64,000 nucleotides of DNA, from the sequence record SRR22947727_447. One strand, given 5' to 3'. Shown piece after piece: positions 47,837 through 57,836 of this stretch (position 1 is the first letter of the stretch; every line of letters begins with the position of its first letter). A model generated the notes under the pieces. That model did not search any database. It was not told where the DNA came from and was given only the letters and a program-made list of their open reading frames with translations. Made by a program: the position numbers and the translations under genes.

Positions 47837-50146
47837 ATGAAAAAAATCACTTATGTGTTTACTTCTTTTTTAATGTTATTTGCTGCAGTGGCTTTTGCAC
47901 AAGCACAAGAGGCAGAAGTAACAAAAGAAGGCGGACACACCAATCAGAGTAAATTTAGACAACTCTACCAAGAGTTTGCTACACCAAATTCTTATAGGTC
48001 TGCTTCTGGTGCACCTGGTCCTAATTATTATCAGCAACAAGCGGATTATAAAATGGACATTACCTTAGATGACAAGAATGCAAAAATCTATGGAGAAGAG
48101 ACCATCACTTACACCAATAACTCTCCAGATGTATTGGAATTTTTGTGGGTACAATTGGATCAAAACGTTAGGACTAAAGACACCAAGTCTGCTCTTAGAG
48201 ATGGCGGTGGGGTTCCTTTAGCGGCACCTACATCTTCTTTTGTATCTTCTTATATGAAAGAATCTTTTGACGGAGGTTTTAATATTGAATTTGTGAAAGA
48301 TGCCAATGGAAGACCATTGCCATATACCGTTAACCAAACCATGATGCGTGTAGATTTGCCAACACCATTGGCGGCCAATTCTCAGGTATCTTTCTCTATT
48401 AAATGGTGGTATAATATTCCAGACCACACTACAGACAGAGCACGTTCTGGTTATGAGTATTTTCCTAAAGACGGCAATAGGGCTTATGTAATTGCTCAAT
48501 TCTTTCCAAGAATGGCTGTTTACAGCGACGTAGAAGGGTGGCAAAACCACCAGTTTTGGGGAAGTGGAGAGTTTGCACTTCCTTTTGGAGACTACGAAGT
48601 AAATATTACCGTACCTGCAGACCATATATTAGACGGTACAGGTGAGCTTCAAAACATGAAAGAAGTATTCTCTAAGGAAATGATTAAGCGATACAACCAG
48701 GCTAAAAAATCTTATGACACCCCTGTTGTAATTGTTACGCAAGAAGAAGCTGAAGCTGCTGAAAAAGGATTCTCTGACAAAACAAAGACATGGAAGCTCA
48801 AAGCAGAGAATGTGAGAGATTTTGGTTTTGCAACTTCTAGAAAATTTATTTGGGATATGCAAGCCGTTAAATTAGGAAATAGAGACGTTATGGCTGTTTC
48901 TATGTACCCAAAAGAAGGAAACCCACTTTGGGAGGAATTCTCTACAAAAGCAGTAGCACTTACTTTAAAATCTTATTCTTCTCATACTTTTGATTACCCT
49001 TATCCAAAGGCAATCTCTGTTCACGCTAAAAACCAAGGGATGGAATATCCTATGATATGCTGGAATTACGGAAGACCAAATGAAGACGGTACCTACTCAG
49101 ACGGTGTTAAATACGGGATGATTTCTGTAATTATTCATGAGGTTGGTCACAACTTCTTTCCTATGATTGTAAATTCAGATGAGCGTCAGTGGGGATGGAT
49201 GGATGAAGGTTTAGATACTTTTATGCAATATATGGCAGAACAAGAATTTGGAGAGGCATTTCCAGAGGCGATCGCTCCTTTAGAAGCATATCCTTCTAGA
49301 AGAGGTGCTCCAGCTAAAATTGTTCCTTATATGGCGGGTGACCAAAGTTTTATTGCACCTATTATGTCTAATCCAGAAAATGTATACCAGTTAGGTCCAA
49401 ATGCTTACGGGAAACCAGCCACAGCATTGAATATTCTGAGAGAGACGGTAATGGGTAGGGAATTATTTGACCATGCTTTTAAAACATATGCCAATAGATG
49501 GAAGTTTAAACACCCCACTCCTGAAGATTTCTTTAGAACTATGGAAGATGCTTCTGCAGTAGATTTAGATTATTTTTGGAGGGGATGGTTTTACACCACA
49601 GATTTTGTAGATATAGGTGTAAAAGGGGTGAAGAAATATTATGTAAGCAATGAGCCAACCAAACAAATGAAAGAGTATATGGCTGCTAGAAATATTACAG
49701 AGGCAGATTTACCTCCATTGGTTTATTTGGCAGCTGAAGACAGTGAAGACTACAATCCTGAGTTAAAAGGAAAGAAGCCCTCTGAGTCTTCTCAAACACT
49801 TAATGCTTTCATGATGGATAATATGACAGAGAGTGAAAGAGCGGCAGTAAAAGAACCTAAGTATTTCTATGAGGTTACTTTTAACAAGCCAGGTGGTATT
49901 CCAATGCCTCTTATTGTAGAATACACCTATGCAGACGGGACCACAAAATCAGTCACTTATCCTGCAGAAATCTGGAGAAAAAGTGACGCAGAAGTAAAAA
50001 CAGTGCTTTCTACAGAAAAAGAAATTGTAGGTATTGTTGTAGATCCAAAAGCAGAAACTGCAGATATAGATACTTCAAACAATTCATGGCCTAAAGCAGA
50101 AGCTCGTTCTGAGTTTGACACTTTTAAGGCGGGAATAAAAGACTAA
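47837..50146 (+). CDS. M1 family zinc aminopeptidase (secreted)
   Basis: GMEYP exopeptidase motif, HEVGH..(18)..DEG zinc ligands, AY.KP. Confidence 0.93.
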   Translation: MKKITYVFTSFLMLFAAVAFAQAQEAEVTKEGGHTNQSKFRQLYQEFATPNSYRSASGAPGPNYYQQQADYKMDITLDDKNAKIYGEETITYTNNSPDVLEFLWVQLDQNVRTKDTKSALRDGGGVPLAAPTSSFVSSYMKESFDGGFNIEFVKDANGRPLPYTVNQTMMRVDLPTPLAANSQVSFSIKWWYNIPDHTTDRARSGYEYFPKDGNRAYVIAQFFPRMAVYSDVEGWQNHQFWGSGEFALPFGDYEVNITVPADHILDGTGELQNMKEVFSKEMIKRYNQAKKSYDTPVVIVTQEEAEAAEKGFSDKTKTWKLKAENVRDFGFATSRKFIWDMQAVKLGNRDVMAVSMYPKEGNPLWEEFSTKAVALTLKSYSSHTFDYPYPKAISVHAKNQGMEYPMICWNYGRPNEDGTYSDGVKYGMISVIIHEVGHNFFPMIVNSDERQWGWMDEGLDTFMQYMAEQEFGEAFPEAIAPLEAYPSRRGAPAKIVPYMAGDQSFIAPIMSNPENVYQLGPNAYGKPATALNILRETVMGRELFDHAFKTYANRWKFKHPTPEDFFRTMEDASAVDLDYFWRGWFYTTDFVDIGVKGVKKYYVSNEPTKQMKEYMAARNITEADLPPLVYLAAEDSEDYNPELKGKKPSESSQTLNAFMMDNMTESERAAVKEPKYFYEVTFNKPGGIPMPLIVEYTYADGTTKSVTYPAEIWRKSDAEVKTVLSTEKEIVGIVVDPKAETADIDTSNNSWPKAEARSEFDTFKAGIKD

Positions 50147-50182
50147 TTTCATGAAATTAAAATCCCTCTGGGTATAAATTTT

Positions 50183-50213
50183 AAAGCCCCACCAATTTGG
50201 TGGGGCTTTTTTT
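50183..50213 (+). terminator. Intrinsic terminator after the M1 peptidase gene
   Basis: AAAGCCCCACCAA-T-TTGGTGGGGC followed by T7. Confidence 0.88.
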
Positions 50214-50235
50214 ATTTCGCTTTCAAACTTCTCCT

Positions 50236-50243
50236 TATATTTG
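50236..50243 (+). promoter_or_regulatory. Bacteroidota -7 element (TATATTTG) for tatA
   Basis: Exact match 4 nt before the ATG at 50248. Confidence 0.6.
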
Positions 50244-50247
50244 TCTT

Positions 50248-50529
50248 ATGAATGCGTTGTATTTTCTATTCATTAGTGGTGGTGAAATCTTTTTCATCAT
50301 GTTTATTGTGGTCATGGTTTTTGGTGCAGATAAAATACCAGAAATAGCCAGAGGCCTTGGTAAAGGTATGCGTCAACTCAAAGACGCTACGGAAGACATT
50401 AAACAGGAAATCTATAAGACTGCAGACAAACAGGGTATAGATACAAGTTTTGCTAAAGACATTAAGCAAGAGATTGACAAAGTCAAAGAGCAGGTGAGTG
50501 ACGTGACCGGTAGCATAAAGAGAAACTAA
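50248..50529 (+). CDS. tatA: Twin-arginine translocase TatA/TatB family subunit
   Basis: GGE..(hydrophobic)..FGADKIPEIARGLGKGMRQLK; the longer ORF start at 50197 lies inside the terminator. Confidence 0.88.
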   Translation: MNALYFLFISGGEIFFIMFIVVMVFGADKIPEIARGLGKGMRQLKDATEDIKQEIYKTADKQGIDTSFAKDIKQEIDKVKEQVSDVTGSIKRN

Positions 50530-51099
50530 ATGTACCAGCAGCTCATAGATTGGGACCGTGATCTGTTTGTATTTCTCAACAGCGCTGGTAATACTTCATG
50601 GGATGCTTTTTTTCTTACCATTACTTTAAGTAGCCTTTGGATTCCACTTTTTATTTATTTTATCTGGTTGGCTTTTATTTCACTGGAAAGAAATAGATTT
50701 TACAACACTATTTGGACCGCTTTTCTAATGATTTTAACGGTCGCTTTAGTGGGATTTTTCGTAAAATACACTGTAGCAAGGCCAAGGCCCCATCAGTTAT
50801 TAGATATGGCATATGATATTAGGGCACTTAAACCTATTAGCGGTTACAGTTTTTTCTCTGGGCATGCGGCGAGCTCATTTGCAATAGTTGCCTTTCTTTG
50901 CCTGTTACTGAGAAAAACTAAGCCATGGGTGTATGTGTTTTATATTTGGGCATTGTTGTATAGCTATAGTAGAATTTACATTGGTGTACATTATCCATTA
51001 GATAGCATTGCAGGGGCATTGATTGGCAGTGGTTTTGCTTATTTGTTTTACAGCTGGCAAATGATATCCAAAAAGTCTTTTTTTAATCCCTTTAAATGA
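50530..51099 (+). CDS. PAP2 family membrane phosphatase
   Basis: K..VARPRP, SFFSGHA, SRIYIGVHYP.D motifs. Confidence 0.92.
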   Translation: MYQQLIDWDRDLFVFLNSAGNTSWDAFFLTITLSSLWIPLFIYFIWLAFISLERNRFYNTIWTAFLMILTVALVGFFVKYTVARPRPHQLLDMAYDIRALKPISGYSFFSGHAASSFAIVAFLCLLLRKTKPWVYVFYIWALLYSYSRIYIGVHYPLDSIAGALIGSGFAYLFYSWQMISKKSFFNPFK

Positions 51100-51733
51100 C
51101 CCTACTCATCGTAAGTCCGTCTCTTATGGGTAGTAAAGAGGTTTGAACACGAGGGTCTTCTGCTAGTTTTTTATTGTAGTCCAGAAGTACTTGGGTAGTC
51201 TTGTCTTTAGGATTCAAAGGTTCCACTACTTTACCGGTCCAAAGCACATTGTCAGAAAGAATAACCGTACCTGGTTTAGACTTTTTGATTACTGCCTCAA
51301 AATAAGCGTCGTATTGTTTTTTTTCTGCATCTATAAAGACCAAGTCAAAAGGACCTTCTAGTGTAGGAATAATATCTAATGCGTCCCCAATATAGGTCTT
51401 GATTTGAGTGGTATAATTGCTCTTGTAAAAATACTTTTTTTGGATCGCAGCTAATTCTGGATTTACTTCAATGGTATGAAGGGTACCGTCTTTAGACAGT
51501 CCCTCTGCCAAACATAGTGCAGAATAGCCCGTATAGGTGCCAATTTCAAGTATTTTTTTTGGTGCCAGTATTTTAGATAAAAGGCTTAAAAACCTCCCTT
51601 GAAAGTGTCCTGTGATCATTCTAGGTTGAATGATTTTAAGATGGGTTTCTCTGCTGAGCGCTTGCAATAATGTAGGTTCTGCATCTGAATGCTGCTCAAT
51701 ATATTGCTCTAAAGTGTCTGATAAAAAGTGCAT
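51092..51733 (-). CDS. Cation-dependent O-methyltransferase (COMT/TrmR-like)
   Basis: ILEIGTYTGYSAL, FDLVFIDA.K, DNVLW.G, RDGL. Confidence 0.9.
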   Translation of the reverse strand: MHFLSDTLEQYIEQHSDAEPTLLQALSRETHLKIIQPRMITGHFQGRFLSLLSKILAPKKILEIGTYTGYSALCLAEGLSKDGTLHTIEVNPELAAIQKKYFYKSNYTTQIKTYIGDALDIIPTLEGPFDLVFIDAEKKQYDAYFEAVIKKSKPGTVILSDNVLWTGKVVEPLNPKDKTTQVLLDYNKKLAEDPRVQTSLLPIRDGLTMSRVI

Positions 51734-51756
51734 GAACTATTTTTACAAAGTTTTTA

Positions 51757-51764
51757 CAAAAATA
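51757..51764 (-). promoter_or_regulatory. Bacteroidota -7 element (TATTTTTG) for the O-methyltransferase gene
   Basis: Exact TAnnTTTG match. Confidence 0.5.
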
Positions 51765-51839
51765 CACATTTTTAGAAGCGAGACTAATTCCTTTTTATTG
51801 TCTCTATTAATTGTATTTTAGGTCTTTAATTATTTTGCT

Positions 51840-53117
51840 ATGAATTTTTCAAATCAATTGGATTTTGCCTTAGAATTAGACGCTTCAGATCCGCTTAAAT
51901 CTTACAGGGGTTTGTTTCATATACCAATCCAAAATGGGGCTGAGGTAGCCTACTTTACTGGTAATTCCCTAGGTTTACAACCCAAGTCTGCCCGTGCTTA
52001 TGTTGAAAGGGTTATGAAAGATTGGGAGACTATGGCGGTAGAAGGACATTTTTATTCTAAGGAACCTTGGTGGGAATACCATGAGAAATTAGCGGCTCCG
52101 CTAGCATCATTGGTAGGTGCCAAAACACCTGAGGTTTCAGTGATGAATACTTTAACGGTAAATCTTCATTTCTTAATGGTGTCCTTTTATAGACCTAGTC
52201 CAAAGCGTTTTAAGGTATTGTGTGAGGAAAAGGCTTTTCCTTCAGACCAATATATGCTTCAAAGCCAAGTAAAGTTTCATGGCTATGACCCAGATACTGC
52301 TATAGTTACGGTAAAGAAGCGTCCGGGAGAAAATGCTTGGAGAGAAGAAGATTTGCTAGAGGCCATAGCCCTTCATGGAGATTCATTGGCTTTGGTGCTC
52401 ATGGGTGGGGTTAATTATTACAATGGGCAGGTTTTTCCAATGAAAAGTATCACAGCAAAGGCAAAAGAGCAGGGTGCATTTGTAGGATGGGATTTGGCCC
52501 ATGCAGTGGGTAATGTCCCCTTACAACTTCACGATTGGGGCGTAGATTTTGCCAGCTGGTGTAGTTATAAATATTTGAATTCAGGGCCTGGAAATGCGGC
52601 CGCTATTTACATCAATGAGCAGTATCTAAACAGAACTGACTTTCCTAGATTTGAAGGTTGGTGGGGAACAGAGAAAGGGCTTCGCTTTAAAATGGAGCCT
52701 AATTTTACGCCCATGGACAATGCAGACGCGTGGCAAGTGAGTAATGCAGCTATTTTAGCTATGGCCCCTTTTTTAGCTTCATTAGATATTTTTAAAACAG
52801 TGCCTCAAGAAGATTTGTGGTCAAAGCAGTCCCGCTTAGTAAGTTATATGTCCTTTGTTATTGAATCTGTAGCCGCTACGGCACCGTTTGATATTTTAAT
52901 TTTGACTCCTGAATACAGGGGGTCACAACTTTCCGTGTATTTTCAGGAACACGGAAGGGCTATTTTTGACTATTTAATGTCTCAAGGGGTGGTCACGGAT
53001 TGGCGAGAGCCCAATGTCATGCGATTTGCGCCAGTACCGCTGTACAATAGCTTTAAAGACATTTATACTTTAGGAGAGCGATTAAAAGAAGGAATTAGTA
53101 AAGCCATTTTGGCATAA
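51840..53117 (+). CDS. kynU: Kynureninase
   Basis: YF.GNSLGLQP, MNTLTVNLH, FPSD.Y, WDLAHAVGN, WCSYKYLNSGPG, DWREP. Confidence 0.95.
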   Translation: MNFSNQLDFALELDASDPLKSYRGLFHIPIQNGAEVAYFTGNSLGLQPKSARAYVERVMKDWETMAVEGHFYSKEPWWEYHEKLAAPLASLVGAKTPEVSVMNTLTVNLHFLMVSFYRPSPKRFKVLCEEKAFPSDQYMLQSQVKFHGYDPDTAIVTVKKRPGENAWREEDLLEAIALHGDSLALVLMGGVNYYNGQVFPMKSITAKAKEQGAFVGWDLAHAVGNVPLQLHDWGVDFASWCSYKYLNSGPGNAAAIYINEQYLNRTDFPRFEGWWGTEKGLRFKMEPNFTPMDNADAWQVSNAAILAMAPFLASLDIFKTVPQEDLWSKQSRLVSYMSFVIESVAATAPFDILILTPEYRGSQLSVYFQEHGRAIFDYLMSQGVVTDWREPNVMRFAPVPLYNSFKDIYTLGERLKEGISKAILA

Positions 53118-53128
53118 GAGCACTTGTA

Positions 53129-54286
53129 ATGAATAGTTTAAAACGCCTTCTTTCAAGTAAACGTTACTTGGGTCCCGCCCTAGTTTTTGCCAGTTTGAAT
53201 TTTGTATTTGGCACATGGGCTATCTATATACCCACCGTAAAAACCCAGTTAGATATAGATAAATCTGCCTTGGGCTTGGCAATTTTTTGTTTGGCTTTAG
53301 GAACTTTTTCTGTTTTGCCCTTTGCGTCTCGTTTGATACGATACTTTGGGGTTGGAAAGAGTACAGGATTGGGTGTTTTATGCATCGTAAGCACCGCTTT
53401 ATTTCCTTTTTTAGCGCCTTCTTATCCACAACTGATTATCGCTTTGTTTTTACTGGGTGCAGCCCAAGGTTTCACAGACATTGCAATGAATGCATTAGTG
53501 GCTCATATAGAAAAGGAAGACGGAGAAAGTGTCATGACTGCTACCCACGGTTTTTTTAGCTTGGGAGGTGTCCTTGCAGGTTTGGGCAGTTTTGGCATTG
53601 CTTGGCTAAATAATCCAATAATACACATGTTTTTTGTGTTGGTTGTAGTGATTTTAGTGAACCTGTATTTCTATCCTGCCTACCAATCAATAAAGGCAGC
53701 AGTAGTACCAAAATCTGCAGTATCTCTAAGACATATAAAACCATTTATACTCCTAGGAGGGATTTCTTTTATAGTGATGGGATCTGAGGGAGCTATTGTA
53801 GACTGGAGTGCTTTATACCTTCAGGAAGTAGCCTTAGCGCCGGAGTATTTAGTAGGAGGTGGCTTCTTTCTCTTTTCCTTATGTATGACCATAGCCCGTT
53901 TTTTTGGAGACCAGTGGAGCAAACGCTTTGGTAGTATTCAAATTATTGCTTTTGGGGCTTTAGTAGCTGGAATAGGTTATTGTTTAGTTCTCAGCGGAAA
54001 CACTTATCTAGCACTGATCGGATTTGCCTTAAATGGCTTAGGTTTCTCAGTAGTCATTCCAGAAGTATTTAGAATAGCTGGCCAATCAAATACAATAGAC
54101 CCTACTAAAGCCATGTCTGTAGTAGCTGGATTTGGGTATTCAGGTTTTTTATTAACCCCAGTGGTTTTAGGTGTCGTGTCTGAAAATTTCGGTTTATCAG
54201 TGGGCTTTTTAGGTTTGTTTATCAGTGTGCTACTCGTTCTTATATTGACCTATTTTCTCAGAAAGAAAAATACGGTTAGAAGCTAA
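53129..54286 (+). CDS. MFS transporter
   Basis: About 12 TM segments; W...IP, D.AMN, HGFFSLG, EGA..DWS..Y, RFFGD. Confidence 0.9.
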   Translation: MNSLKRLLSSKRYLGPALVFASLNFVFGTWAIYIPTVKTQLDIDKSALGLAIFCLALGTFSVLPFASRLIRYFGVGKSTGLGVLCIVSTALFPFLAPSYPQLIIALFLLGAAQGFTDIAMNALVAHIEKEDGESVMTATHGFFSLGGVLAGLGSFGIAWLNNPIIHMFFVLVVVILVNLYFYPAYQSIKAAVVPKSAVSLRHIKPFILLGGISFIVMGSEGAIVDWSALYLQEVALAPEYLVGGGFFLFSLCMTIARFFGDQWSKRFGSIQIIAFGALVAGIGYCLVLSGNTYLALIGFALNGLGFSVVIPEVFRIAGQSNTIDPTKAMSVVAGFGYSGFLLTPVVLGVVSENFGLSVGFLGLFISVLLVLILTYFLRKKNTVRS

Positions 54287-54340
54287 GGTCAATTAATTAA
54301 ATAAGGCTTTTATTTGAGAGGACATTATCCTTAAATTATG

Positions 54341-54348
54341 TAATTTTG
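54341..54348 (+). promoter_or_regulatory. Bacteroidota -7 element (TAATTTTG) for clpP
   Basis: Exact TAnnTTTG match 19 nt before the ATG. Confidence 0.55.
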
Positions 54349-54367
54349 AAGAATATAAATACGAGTT

Positions 54368-54913
54368 ATGAGTGCCAAGAAAGGAAAAGTACAAGAACTA
54401 ATTGAAGAAAAGTTTTTAGAAGAACGCAAAGTATTTTTGTGGGGACAAGTAGACGACGCCTCTGCGAAACACGTCATAGACAGGTTGTTGTATTTGGACT
54501 TGCAAAACAACAATGAAATACAATTGGTGATTAATAGTCCAGGTGGTTATGTGACCTCTGGTTTTGCGATATACGACACTATTAAATCTTTAAAAAGCCC
54601 TGTATCTACAGTATGTAGTGGTTTGGCTGCTTCTATGGGTTCCATTTTATTGTCTGCGGGCGCCAAAGGAAGGCGATTCATGCAGCCTCATGCACAAGTC
54701 ATGATTCACCAGCCAAGTGGCGGTGCTAGAGGACAAGCTTCAAATATAGAGATTCAAGCCAGAGAAATAATAAAAACAAGGGAGTTGAGTGCTCAAATTT
54801 TAGCAGACAACTGTGGTCAGAAAGTAGACAAGGTCATGAAAGATTTTGACCGTGACTACTGGATGAATGCAGAAGAGAGTTTGGCCTACGGTATTGTAGA
54901 TGCCATGTTGTAA
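54368..54913 (+). CDS. clpP: ATP-dependent Clp protease proteolytic subunit (stand-alone, likely secondary paralog)
   Basis: INSPGG, AASMG (Ser), MIHQP (His), RDYW (Asp); short N-terminus; no tig/clpX nearby. Confidence 0.9.
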   Translation: MSAKKGKVQELIEEKFLEERKVFLWGQVDDASAKHVIDRLLYLDLQNNNEIQLVINSPGGYVTSGFAIYDTIKSLKSPVSTVCSGLAASMGSILLSAGAKGRRFMQPHAQVMIHQPSGGARGQASNIEIQAREIIKTRELSAQILADNCGQKVDKVMKDFDRDYWMNAEESLAYGIVDAML

Positions 54914-54929
54914 TTTACCTCACCCATTC

Positions 54930-54979
54930 TCTGAAGGGTTTTATTATTCTGAAGGGTTTTTAATATTCCGAAGGGTTTT
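54930..54979. repeat. Three tandem copies of an ~18-19 bp unit with core TC(T/C)GAAGGGTTTT
   Basis: GAAGGGTTTT starts at 54933, 54951 and 54970; the third copy is the 3' end of the photolyase gene. Confidence 0.85.
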
Positions 54980-56504
54980 CTATTATATGGGAAGCCCTTT
55001 TTTTTAGCTCCTTAAGGTCATTTGGGTTCATTTTTTTCAAAAGGGAGAGCATCATAGCCATCCGATTATTTTTCTCAAAATAAGCCTTCTTTTCATCTAA
55101 GAAGTTCCAGTATAAAGAATTAAAAGGACAGGCATCTTTCCCTATTTTTTCTTTGTGATTGTACTGGCAGCTCTCACAATAATTGCCCATTTTTTGGATG
55201 TAATTCCCGCTACTTACATAGGGTTTTGTGGCCAATAAGCCACCATCTGCAAACTGACTCATCCCCCTTGTATTAGGCATTTCTACCCACTCAATGGCAT
55301 CTATGTAAATGCCTAGATACCATTTATCTACCTCATCGGGATGGGTTTGTGTGAGTAAAGCGTAGTTTCCAGTAACCATGAGCCGTTGGATGTGGTGGGC
55401 GTAACTATGCTCAAGGCTTTGCTTAATAGACTGGTGCATACAATTCATTTTGGTTTCTGCTGTCCAGTAAAAATCAGGAAGCTTTCCATGATTATCCAGG
55501 GCATTCTTTTTTGCATAACCAGGCATTTCTCTCCAGTAAATCCCTCTCATATATTCTCTCCATCCCAAAATCTGTCTCACAAAACCCTCTACCTGATTTA
55601 AGCTTATTTTATCTTCTTTTTGCCCGTAATAAGTCTTTAATACCTGATCCACCACCTCTTTTGGACTGATGATTTTTGAGTTTAAAGCAAAAGACAGTCT
55701 AGAATGAAAAAGAAATTTTTCTTGGGTGTGCATAGCGTCTTGAAAATCGCCAAAATAGGGAAGGAGGTTCTCGCAAAAATAATCTAGTATTTGTTGTGCT
55801 TGATTTTTGTTTATGGGCCAATTAAATTGACTAGCATCTATGGAGCCAATGGTCTGGATGGATTGCGATTGAATACTTTCATATATTTCTAAGAGGTTAT
55901 TTGAGACTGGAAAACCAGTGGGCACAGGAATTTGTCCCTTCCATTTTTTTCTATTCTCTTGGTCGTAATTCCATTTCCCTCCAAGCGGTCCTTCAGGCGT
56001 CATTAAAATCTGATGCTCTTTTCTCATTTGCCTGTAAAAAGGCTCCATGATTAGCTGTTTCTTTCCCTCAAAAAAGTCTTTTAAACGCTTTCTGTCTGTG
56101 TAGAAATGTTCTGTTGAATATGATTTAGTAGGAATATCTAAAGCGTTACAAATGGATTGAAATTGTAAATCTAGCCTATACTCATCGGGTTCTTGGTATT
56201 CAAATAAACCAATCTCATGGCTTTTAATATGGGCATGGATTAATTTTTCTAAATCCTCTTTGGCTTCAGCTTGGTCAATATTTATATATATGATCTGGTG
56301 GCCTTTGGCCTTAACGGCCGATGCAAATTCCCGCATAGCCGCAAAAAATCCTACTATTTTTTGAATGTGATGGGTCACATAATCCGTCTCTTGTCTCATT
56401 TCCACCATGAGATATAGCACCTGATTATTTACTTCTTTATACCAACTGTGCGATAAGTTGAGCTGATCCCCTAAAATGAATCTAAGTTTTTTTGTATCTG
56501 ACAT
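54960..56504 (-). CDS. FeS-BCP class cryptochrome/(6-4) photolyase (PhrB/CryB-like)
   Basis: ILGDQL, H.QKI..FF.AMR.F, GGKWNYD.ENR, RQILGWREY, HHIQRLM, KPY.SSGNYI; four 4Fe-4S Cys (NCM, YCESC, ACPF). Confidence 0.93.
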   Translation of the reverse strand: MSDTKKLRFILGDQLNLSHSWYKEVNNQVLYLMVEMRQETDYVTHHIQKIVGFFAAMREFASAVKAKGHQIIYINIDQAEAKEDLEKLIHAHIKSHEIGLFEYQEPDEYRLDLQFQSICNALDIPTKSYSTEHFYTDRKRLKDFFEGKKQLIMEPFYRQMRKEHQILMTPEGPLGGKWNYDQENRKKWKGQIPVPTGFPVSNNLLEIYESIQSQSIQTIGSIDASQFNWPINKNQAQQILDYFCENLLPYFGDFQDAMHTQEKFLFHSRLSFALNSKIISPKEVVDQVLKTYYGQKEDKISLNQVEGFVRQILGWREYMRGIYWREMPGYAKKNALDNHGKLPDFYWTAETKMNCMHQSIKQSLEHSYAHHIQRLMVTGNYALLTQTHPDEVDKWYLGIYIDAIEWVEMPNTRGMSQFADGGLLATKPYVSSGNYIQKMGNYCESCQYNHKEKIGKDACPFNSLYWNFLDEKKAYFEKNNRMAMMLSLLKKMNPNDLKELKKRASHIIENPSEY

Positions 56505-56552
56505 ATCTCTGGCCTTTATTTGAATGGTAGAATTGGCTTACTTTTTTTAGCG

Positions 56553-57836
56553 TTAATTATTCCAAAGCTTTTGGAATGCCTTTTGAGGGTCGTACATATC
56601 TGCTTGTCTATCGGGATTAAAAATCCGATCCCTTGGATCATTTCCTACTCCACTAGTATACATCCAATTGGCCCAATTACTGTCTACATCGTAGTCTATC
56701 AATTGACTTTCAAAGTAGGTGGCTCCTATTCTCCAGTCCTGATCCAATGTCTTTGACCAATAGCTGGCCACATTTTGTCTGCCCCTATTGCTCATCCATC
56801 CAGTTTGAGACAATTCCTTCATGTTAGCATTGATAAATGGACTATGAGTAGTGCCACTTATCCAATCATTATACACTTTAGGATCATTTCCTTGCGCAAA
56901 AGATTTATGGTTAATTCCACCACTCTTAAAGAGGTCATTTTTATGTTTTAGCCCCACATATTTAAAAAATTCCCTCCACAGAAGCTCAAAGAGTACCCAA
57001 TAAGTACTTTCGTTTGCTTTCACTGTTTTTTCATATGCTTTGAGTTGGTAGTATATAGTTCTTGCAGATATACAACCATTGGCAAGCCAAGCAGATAATT
57101 TAGTGCTGTAGTCTAATCCAATTAATCCATTACGAGTCTCTTTGTATTGGGCTACATGATCCGTGCTAAAAAAGTAATGGTCTATTCTTTCTTGTGCCGC
57201 CTTTTCCCCACCTTTGAATGGAAATGCAGACCTTGAATCTATTTTTATAGAAAGCAATTCTTTTGAAATAGATGCCCAAAGAGCGTCAGAATAAAACAAG
57301 GGCGTATTTGAGGTATTTGTTTGCTTGGCTGGAACTTCTAATGGCGCAGGTACTTTTAAAGTCGCTTCTACTTTTTTTCTAAACGGTGTAAATACTTTAG
57401 GAAGTTTGTACAATTCAAAAGGGATTATCTCGGGTCCCAATAGAAATTGATCATAAAGACTGACCAACTGAATATTTGGTGAAATCTTAGCTTCTATCTC
57501 TTTGTTTATTAAAACCTCTTCCTCGTGCCATACTTTTTGAAAGTATAGTGTTCCAATATTATTTTCATTAATATATTCGGGCAATCGCTTGGTTGGATCC
57601 CCTATAAGAATAGCGAATGGAATATTTAGCTCTTCCAGACTTCGCTTTAAATCCAACAATGATTCTACATTGAACTTGGCCCTGAATGGACCTATTTTAG
57701 GTAAATCTCCATCTAATTTCTCCGGATTTAAACAATAAACGCCCACAACTTCATTTGCATTGTTTTTACAGGCAGCTGTGAGTAAAGGGTTGTCAGCAAC
57801 CCTTAGGTTGTTTGTAAACCATACAATAGATTTCAT
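56553..57836 (-). CDS. DASH family cryptochrome/photolyase
   Basis: [60 protein letters not shown]. Confidence 0.93.
   Translation of the reverse strand: MKSIVWFTNNLRVADNPLLTAACKNNANEVVGVYCLNPEKLDGDLPKIGPFRAKFNVESLLDLKRSLEELNIPFAILIGDPTKRLPEYINENNIGTLYFQKVWHEEEVLINKEIEAKISPNIQLVSLYDQFLLGPEIIPFELYKLPKVFTPFRKKVEATLKVPAPLEVPAKQTNTSNTPLFYSDALWASISKELLSIKIDSRSAFPFKGGEKAAQERIDHYFFSTDHVAQYKETRNGLIGLDYSTKLSAWLANGCISARTIYYQLKAYEKTVKANESTYWVLFELLWREFFKYVGLKHKNDLFKSGGINHKSFAQGNDPKVYNDWISGTTHSPFINANMKELSQTGWMSNRGRQNVASYWSKTLDQDWRIGATYFESQLIDYDVDSNWANWMYTSGVGNDPRDRIFNPDRQADMYDPQKAFQKLWNN

Noticed and set aside
50197..50247. Extended N-terminus of tatA in the ORF track
   Set aside because: The start lies within the upstream terminator stem and upstream of the -7 element; ATG 50248 fits the family
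54930..54979. Triple direct repeat as a mini-CRISPR
   Set aside because: Period is only 18-19 bp with no unique spacers and no cas genes; it is a duplication of the photolyase 3' end
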